64,000 nucleotides of DNA, from positions 83 through 64,082 of the forward strand of contig WFTC01000019.1 of NCBI GenBank assembly GCA_015485665.1, written 5' to 3'. A model generated the notes under the pieces. The model searched no databases. It was not told where the DNA came from and saw nothing but the letters and a program-made list of their open reading frames with translations. Below are positions 58,977 through 64,000 of this stretch, piece after piece; position 1 is the stretch's first letter, and each line of letters opens with the position of its first letter. A program made the translations under genes and the position numbers. The stretch is from Candidatus Altimarinota bacterium (lineage in GTDB: Bacteria > Patescibacteriota > Gracilibacteria > UBA1369 > 2-02-FULL-48-14).

Positions 58977-59591
58977 TTACTTAGAGTAGTACTCAATAAT
59001 GAGGCTCGTTTGTATAAGTTGATCAAGGTCCTCTTGCTCAGGCAAGGAGGCTACATCAAACTTAAGTGCTTTTCTATCAACTTTGAGCCAACGAGCGTGA
59101 TCAAAGTCTTTTTTCTCGTTCACATGAGCGAAGAGAGGGCTTGCTTTTGATTTGGCTCTTACTTCGGCTACGTCTCCTTCGCGGATTTGAATGGATGGAA
59201 TGCTTACTCTGCGTCCGTTTAGCATGATAAGTCCGTGACTAACCATTTGACGAGCTTGAGCACGTGTTTTAGCAAGACCTGCACGATAAACGGCGTTATC
59301 CAATCGTCTTTCAAGAAGTTTCAACAATGCTATACCTGTAGCTTCTTCTTTCGCAGCAGCCTTCTTATAGTAGTTTCTAAGCTGACGTTCTGTAATACCA
59401 AACATAAAACGCAGTTTTTGCTTCTCTAAAAGTTGCTTTTTATATTCAGACATCTTACCGCGACGACCCTGCCCGTGCACTCCGGGTGGATGTGGACGCC
59501 GATTCAGAAGCTTGTCCATCTTCTCATTTCCGAAGATATTTACTCCGAATCGCCTTACCAATCGTCCTTTTGCTCCAGTGTATCGAGACAT
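58977..59591 (-). CDS. rpsD: 30S ribosomal protein S4
   Basis: It contains MSRYTGAKGRLVRRFG and LERRLDNAVYRAGLA. Confidence 0.95.
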   Translation of the reverse strand: MSRYTGAKGRLVRRFGVNIFGNEKMDKLLNRRPHPPGVHGQGRRGKMSEYKKQLLEKQKLRFMFGITERQLRNYYKKAAAKEEATGIALLKLLERRLDNAVYRAGLAKTRAQARQMVSHGLIMLNGRRVSIPSIQIREGDVAEVRAKSKASPLFAHVNEKKDFDHARWLKVDRKALKFDVASLPEQEDLDQLIQTSLIIEYYSK

Positions 59592-59608
59592 AAATTAAAT
59601 TATTTTTA

Positions 59609-60022
59609 TTAAACGCGACGTGTACGTGGTTTACGACATCCATTATGGGGGATGGGGGTCGTATCCGTAATACGTCCTATATGAATTCCTTGAGAAATGA
59701 GTCCTCGTAAAGCTTGTTCACGCCCTACACCGACTCCTTTTATAAAGACATCCGCTTTCTCAAAACCGAAAGATCTTGCTTTTTCAGCGGCATTTTCAGC
59801 AGCCATTTGAGCGGCATAAGGTGTTGACTTCTTGGAACCTTTAAATCCACAAGCTCCGGAAGTTGACCAAGCAATGGTTTTTCCATTTTCATCCGTGATA
59901 GTTACAATCGTATTATTGAACCCTGCGTTAATATAGACACGTCCGGAAAGTACGGTTTTTTTCTTATTTCTACGCACTGTCTTTACAGTTGTTTCAGTTT
60001 TTTTAGCTTTTGCATCAGCCAT
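59609..60022 (-). CDS. rpsK: 30S ribosomal protein S11
   Basis: It contains [27 protein letters not shown] and [11 protein letters not shown]. Confidence 0.95.
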   Translation of the reverse strand: MADAKAKKTETTVKTVRRNKKKTVLSGRVYINAGFNNTIVTITDENGKTIAWSTSGACGFKGSKKSTPYAAQMAAENAAEKARSFGFEKADVFIKGVGVGREQALRGLISQGIHIGRITDTTPIPHNGCRKPRTRRV

Positions 60023-60039
60023 ATTTGTTTATTAGTAGG

Positions 60040-60414
60040 TTACTTTGTAGCTTTTTTCTTGCCGGCAACTGCCATTTTCTTGCCGCGCTTGGTTCTTGCA
60101 TTGGTTTTTGTTCTTTGACCTCTAACCGGAAGCCTTCTTCTATGACGAAAGCCTCTATACGATCCTATGTCTTGCAAGCGCTTAATGTCCATCTGAACCT
60201 TCCTCCGCAAATCCCCCTCTGTAACTATTTTAGTCAATGCATCTCGCAACTTTGATAGATCGGCTTGCGTTAAATCCTTCACTCTGATATCCGGATTTAT
60301 GGATAGCTCTCTCAGTAGTGCTTTTGAGGTACTACGCCCCACACCGTAAATATAAGTGAGACCTATTTCCACACGTTTATCCGAAGGTAAGTTAACGCCA
60401 CACAGACGAGCCAT
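60040..60414 (-). CDS. rpsM: 30S ribosomal protein S13
   Basis: It contains [10 protein letters not shown] and [24 protein letters not shown]. Confidence 0.95.
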   Translation of the reverse strand: MARLCGVNLPSDKRVEIGLTYIYGVGRSTSKALLRELSINPDIRVKDLTQADLSKLRDALTKIVTEGDLRRKVQMDIKRLQDIGSYRGFRHRRRLPVRGQRTKTNARTKRGKKMAVAGKKKATK

Positions 60415-60429
60415 AAAATAAGAAATTAA

Positions 60430-60546
60430 TTAACCTTGTCTTTGTTTATGCCTAGGATTACTGGCACAAACAATGCGTACGACCCCACGGCGCCGAATTA
60501 CTCGGCACTTATCACACATTCTGCGGACTGAGGCACGTACTTTCAT
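60430..60546 (-). CDS. rpmJ: 50S ribosomal protein L36 (below the ORF-track length cut-off)
   Basis: My manual translation is [38 protein letters not shown]. It lies between infA and rpsM, as expected. Confidence 0.9.
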   Translation of the reverse strand: MKVRASVRRMCDKCRVIRRRGVVRIVCASNPRHKQRQG

Positions 60547-60861
60547 TTATTCATTTGAGTTATCAGCCTTTTCGACTCCGGACTCCTCTGCGACTTGACT
60601 TGCATCAGCTGTCATTTTAGGGCTGTAGCCTTTTTTATGACGGAATACAATGCGTCCCTTGTATAAATCGTAGGGAGTTAGCTCTACGGTAACCGCATCT
60701 CCCGGGATGATACGAATGTAATTGATTCGCATTTTTCCGGAGAGGTGACAAAGCACTTCGTGGTCCGTAGGATAATTCGTGTCGTCCAGGCGAACTCTGA
60801 ATGTTGCATTGGGAAGGCATTCTTCTACTATCCCCATAACCTGGATGACTTGTTTTGCCAT
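60547..60861 (-). CDS. infA: Translation initiation factor IF-1 with a C-terminal extension of about 30 aa
   Basis: S1-like core: [18 protein letters not shown]...[39 protein letters not shown]. The tail is [29 protein letters not shown]. Confidence 0.9.
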   Translation of the reverse strand: MAKQVIQVMGIVEECLPNATFRVRLDDTNYPTDHEVLCHLSGKMRINYIRIIPGDAVTVELTPYDLYKGRIVFRHKKGYSPKMTADASQVAEESGVEKADNSNE

Positions 60862-60888
60862 TAAGACTTGCTTATTAAAAGCAGGCGG

Positions 60889-60917
60889 ATTCTACATGTC
60901 AAATTTAACTTGTGCAA
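60889..60917 (-). promoter_or_regulatory. Candidate promoter TTGCAC-17-TAGAAT (minus strand) upstream of infA
   Basis: Reverse complement reads TTGCACAAGTTAAATTTGACATGTAGAAT. The -10 element ends about 27 nt before the infA ATG. Confidence 0.35.
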
Positions 60918-61307
60918 GGGAATTTTATTTTTTTATGCGATATGTGTGTGGTAAAGGATTTGCAATAGGAGTAAAAACCTTATTTAGAATGGAAATTCTT
61001 TGAATTTCACTCTAACCGTATTATAAATAAGTAGGTTGATTTTTTTGAATTCTTCTCCAAAAGTCATTTCCAAAATCAAAAGATTTCTGCCATTCAGTAT
61101 AAGAACTTCGCTACCAACTCAATGTGAAGGGCTCGTTAAAACTATTTCAATAACTCGCAAAGTTCCTGAAGCTAATATCATTGTAAGTGGTAGCTTTTCT
61201 AATTTAATGTTTGCTTTTTTCCGCATATTTTGAAAGACAAAATATCTTGAAGCTCGTCAAAAACTTTCCGAAGATTTTTTTTGTCATCGACGAAACCTAT
61301 TTTACAA

Positions 61308-62078
61308 TTACAATACCTTCTCTCCCTCTCGCAAAGTTAGTACTTCATATCCGGTTTCAGTTACAAGTACGCTGTGTTCATGTTGAATGGATAAGTCACC
61401 ATCACGAGTAACTATTGTCCAACCATCATCAAGGGTATCGTATTTCGGAGAGCCTGCAACAATGATAGGCTCAATTGCTATGACCATGCCCGGTATGAGT
61501 GCATTTCCTTTTCCTTTTTTGCCGTAATTTGGCACATGAGGTTCTTCGTGCAGTTGATATCCTATTCCATGTCCTGTTAGACTTGGCACTATTGAAAAGC
61601 CACTGCCTTTAACATATTTTTCAATAGCTGCGCCAATATCTCCAACTTTATTTCCCGCTTTTACTTCTTTAATTCCACACCAAAGGGCTTTTTTGCATGT
61701 GTTTACAAGTTTTTTAGCTTTGGGTGAAGTGTCTTCTCCAACAATTATGGCAACAGCTGAATCTGTATTTAGGTTTTTATATTTTACGCCGCAATCAATG
61801 GATAGTATATCACCATTTTCAAGCACTCTATCATTTGGTATTCCATGTACTATTTCATCATTTACAGAAATACATAAAATAGCCGGATAACCATGAAAAC
61901 CTTTGAATCCGGGTTTAACCATATAACCTTTGAAAAGCTGCTCGGCTTTTTTTTCAATATCAAGCGTAGTTATGCCGGGCTGAACATATAATTCAAGATC
62001 CTTTAAAATGGCAGCCAGAATTTTTCCACCTTCTCGCATTGCTTGAATTTCATCCGCATTTTTAATGTGTATGCCCAC
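61308..62078 (-). CDS. map: Type I methionine aminopeptidase
   Basis: It contains NDEIVHGIP, DCGVKY, GHGIG and IEP. Confidence 0.93.
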   Translation of the reverse strand: MGIHIKNADEIQAMREGGKILAAILKDLELYVQPGITTLDIEKKAEQLFKGYMVKPGFKGFHGYPAILCISVNDEIVHGIPNDRVLENGDILSIDCGVKYKNLNTDSAVAIIVGEDTSPKAKKLVNTCKKALWCGIKEVKAGNKVGDIGAAIEKYVKGSGFSIVPSLTGHGIGYQLHEEPHVPNYGKKGKGNALIPGMVIAIEPIIVAGSPKYDTLDDGWTIVTRDGDLSIQHEHSVLVTETGYEVLTLREGEKVL

Positions 62079-62080
62079 TT

Positions 62081-62707
62081 TTAATTTATTTTAGAGAGCA
62101 TTTCGTCCCTTACAGCTTCAATACTTTGTTCGCCGTTTATGCTTATTATTTTTCCTTTTGATTTGTAATCTTCAATTACAGGCATTGTTTTTTTAGTAAA
62201 GTTATTCAAACGTATACGAATTGCATTTGGTGTGTCATCACTACGACTGATAAGTTCGGAGTCGCAATCCTTACAGCGATTTTCTTTATAAGTAGCAGGG
62301 AAGACTGTTTTACATTTTGAACATATGCGTCTGTTTGTGAGTCTGCGTATGGCTTCTTCTTCACTGATTTCAATAAGTATAGCTGTGAAGTCCATTCCCT
62401 TTTTTTTCATTAATATATCAAAATTCTTTTGTTGCTCTTTGCTTCTTGGAATTCCGTCAAATAGTACGGATTTGCCTTCAGGAAGATTTGTTAAAAAATT
62501 CTCAATTATTTCCATTACAACTTCTATGGGAACCAAATTTCCGGATTCCATGATGGCTTTTACTTTATTTCCAAGTTCACTACCTTCTTCTGCTAAAGAT
62601 CTTAGTGCTTCACCGGTTTCAAAAACTTCCAAATTCAAATGCTCAGCAAGATATTTGCTTTGAGTGCCTTTACCGGATCCTTGCATTCCGAAAAGTATGT
62701 AGTTCAT
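62081..62707 (-). CDS. adk: Adenylate kinase (zinc-lid type)
   Basis: It has MNYILFGMQGSGKGTQ and the lid cysteines CSKC...CKDC. I chose the start at Met11 (62707). The ORF extends to 62737 and would then overlap secY. Confidence 0.9.
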   Translation of the reverse strand: MNYILFGMQGSGKGTQSKYLAEHLNLEVFETGEALRSLAEEGSELGNKVKAIMESGNLVPIEVVMEIIENFLTNLPEGKSVLFDGIPRSKEQQKNFDILMKKKGMDFTAILIEISEEEAIRRLTNRRICSKCKTVFPATYKENRCKDCDSELISRSDDTPNAIRIRLNNFTKKTMPVIEDYKSKGKIISINGEQSIEAVRDEMLSKIN

Positions 62708-62714
62708 TTTTTGA

Positions 62715-64000
62715 TTATCCTTTATAGAAACGCTCATAGTGATGAGCTAAAAGATGAGCGTTTATTCTACGAATAAGATCAAGTACAACTCCAACAATAA
62801 TTATTATTCCGGCTCCACTTACCATCATTTGAACAGAACCTACTCCAGTTGAGGTAAATATTTTTTGTAGAACTATGGGAAGAATCGCAATGATACCTAT
62901 CATACTTCCGCCAAACAGATTCATACGATTTGAAACCTTTGCCAAATATTCAGCTGTTTCTTTTCCTGGACGAATGCCTGGGACAAAACCTCCACGCTTT
63001 TGAATATTTTCCGCTACTTCTTCAGTATTGAAAGTTATGCTCACATAAAAGAATGTAAATCCTATAACCAATAAGAAGTAAACAATAATATAAAGCCAAC
63101 TGTTTGGTGCAAAGATAGAGCTCATGTCTTCACCAAGCTTTTGCACCCATTCAGAGTCGGCATAAGATAAGAATTGTCCGGCAATGGATGGGAAGGTTAC
63201 AAGTGATACAGCAAATATGATAGGTATCATACCAGCTTGATTGACTCTAATTGGCAGAAAACTTTGTTCCATTTTTGCTCTGCTGCGTCCTCCGTATGTT
63301 ACAGGAATTCGTCTTTGTCCCTCTGTAAATAAAACTACCACTAAAGTCAAAATCAAGGTAATTAAAAGTATTGCAACTATACCATAAATGCGTTCAGGTT
63401 CTGATTGAGCCAAGGCAAAAGTGGGACCTGCTATAGGAGGGACTGCAGCAAGTATGCTTGCAAATATCAAAATAGATATGCCATTCCCAATTCCTTTATC
63501 TGTAATTAATTCGCCAAGCCACATCAGTGCTATTGTCCCCGCACTTACGGTAAGCATGATTGGTAGCATAATTTTAGGATCGTAAATATCAGAAATAATT
63601 GGGACTTGTGCTTGTGCATTTATTAAAGCGATCATTCCGTAAGACTGAAGAAAGGCCATAGGTAAAGTGAGCCATCTTGTCCATCTGTTGATTTTGCGAC
63701 GACCTTCCTGTCCTTCTTTTGAAATTTCTTCTAATCTAGGAATTATTACAGTTAAGAGTTGAAATATGATGGAAGCGTTGATGTAAGGCGATAGCCCCAT
63801 CAATACAATTGAGAAGTTTTCAGCACTTCCTCCAGTTAAAAGACTGAATGCACCCAAAAGCTGATTTTGTTGAAATACATATGCCAAAGCTTCTTGATCT
63901 ACACTTGGAATGGTTATGTGAGTCATGAATCTGTAAACCACAATTATGAAAAGCGTGAAGAAAATTTTGTTTCTCAGCTCTTTTGAATTCCAGAGTTGTT
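62715..64000 (-). CDS. secY: Preprotein translocase subunit SecY, 5'-partial (continues past the window end)
   Basis: The frame stays open to nt 64000 (..QLWNSKELRNKIFFTLFIIVVYRFMTHITIPSVD). The protein is polytopic, with GGFVPGIRPGKET. Confidence 0.93.
   Translation of the reverse strand, partial: QLWNSKELRNKIFFTLFIIVVYRFMTHITIPSVDQEALAYVFQQNQLLGAFSLLTGGSAENFSIVLMGLSPYINASIIFQLLTVIIPRLEEISKEGQEGRRKINRWTRWLTLPMAFLQSYGMIALINAQAQVPIISDIYDPKIMLPIMLTVSAGTIALMWLGELITDKGIGNGISILIFASILAAVPPIAGPTFALAQSEPERIYGIVAILLITLILTLVVVLFTEGQRRIPVTYGGRSRAKMEQSFLPIRVNQAGMIPIIFAVSLVTFPSIAGQFLSYADSEWVQKLGEDMSSIFAPNSWLYIIVYFLLVIGFTFFYVSITFNTEEVAENIQKRGGFVPGIRPGKETAEYLAKVSNRMNLFGGSMIGIIAILPIVLQKIFTSTGVGSVQMMVSGAGIIIIVGVVLDLIRRINAHLLAHHYERFYKG

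Noticed and set aside
61036-61411. Plus-strand ORFs of 65 and 66 aa in the map-infA gap
   Set aside because: They are low-complexity and AT-driven, have no start context or motifs, and one overlaps map in antisense.

Overview
Dense, mostly housekeeping chromosomal segment from a low-GC, small-genome bacterium. The standard genetic code fits: long ORFs stay intact and several genes end in TGA. Gene content and style (DGR, Avd-like four-helix-bundle gene, weak Shine-Dalgarno signals, all five tRNAs with encoded CCA) suggest a Patescibacteria/CPR-like lineage, but I cannot verify that from sequence alone. Core content, in coordinate order: rpmB and a site-2 protease; a Fur/PerR-Dps-peroxiredoxin module; a two-component system; flavodoxin plus a two-subunit 2-oxoacid:ferredoxin oxidoreductase; two GT2 glycosyltransferases; murC; a split VKOR/thioredoxin pair; a class B PBP; an M16 peptidase; ndk; a folate cluster (pabC-folP fusion, PTPS, folK); a pentose-phosphate cluster (degenerate split transketolase, prs, rpiB, rpe); a CsoR/CstR-rhodanese-persulfide dioxygenase module; uvrB; a complete F1Fo ATP synthase operon; a DnaQ-DinG-like fusion; carA with pyrBCEF; rsmA; a P-type ATPase; trmD; and the ribosomal cluster secY-adk-map-infA-rpmJ-rpsM-rpsK-rpsD-rpoA-rplQ plus rplM-rpsI. 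Five tRNAs are present (Ser-GGA, Thr-GGT, Trp-CCA, His-GTG, Arg-GCG). The clearly accessory part is the first ~2 kb, a diversity-generating retroelement (DGR) cassette. It has a target gene with a C-terminal variable region, an 88-nt template-like repeat, an antisense Avd-like gene, and a reverse transcriptase that stops after ~115 conserved residues next to tRNA-Ser. The VR/TR mismatches are not adenine-restricted, so it looks like a decaying or atypical DGR. Other items worth checking: a ~240-nt GC-rich structured intergenic region (unclassified ncRNA candidate), an ORF-intact but catalytically degenerate split transketolase, a DinG-like protein lacking Walker A and DEAH motifs, a PTPS gene in a folate cluster that has no folB within it, and several orphan ORFs. 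I found no CRISPR array, rRNA, transposase or integrase.
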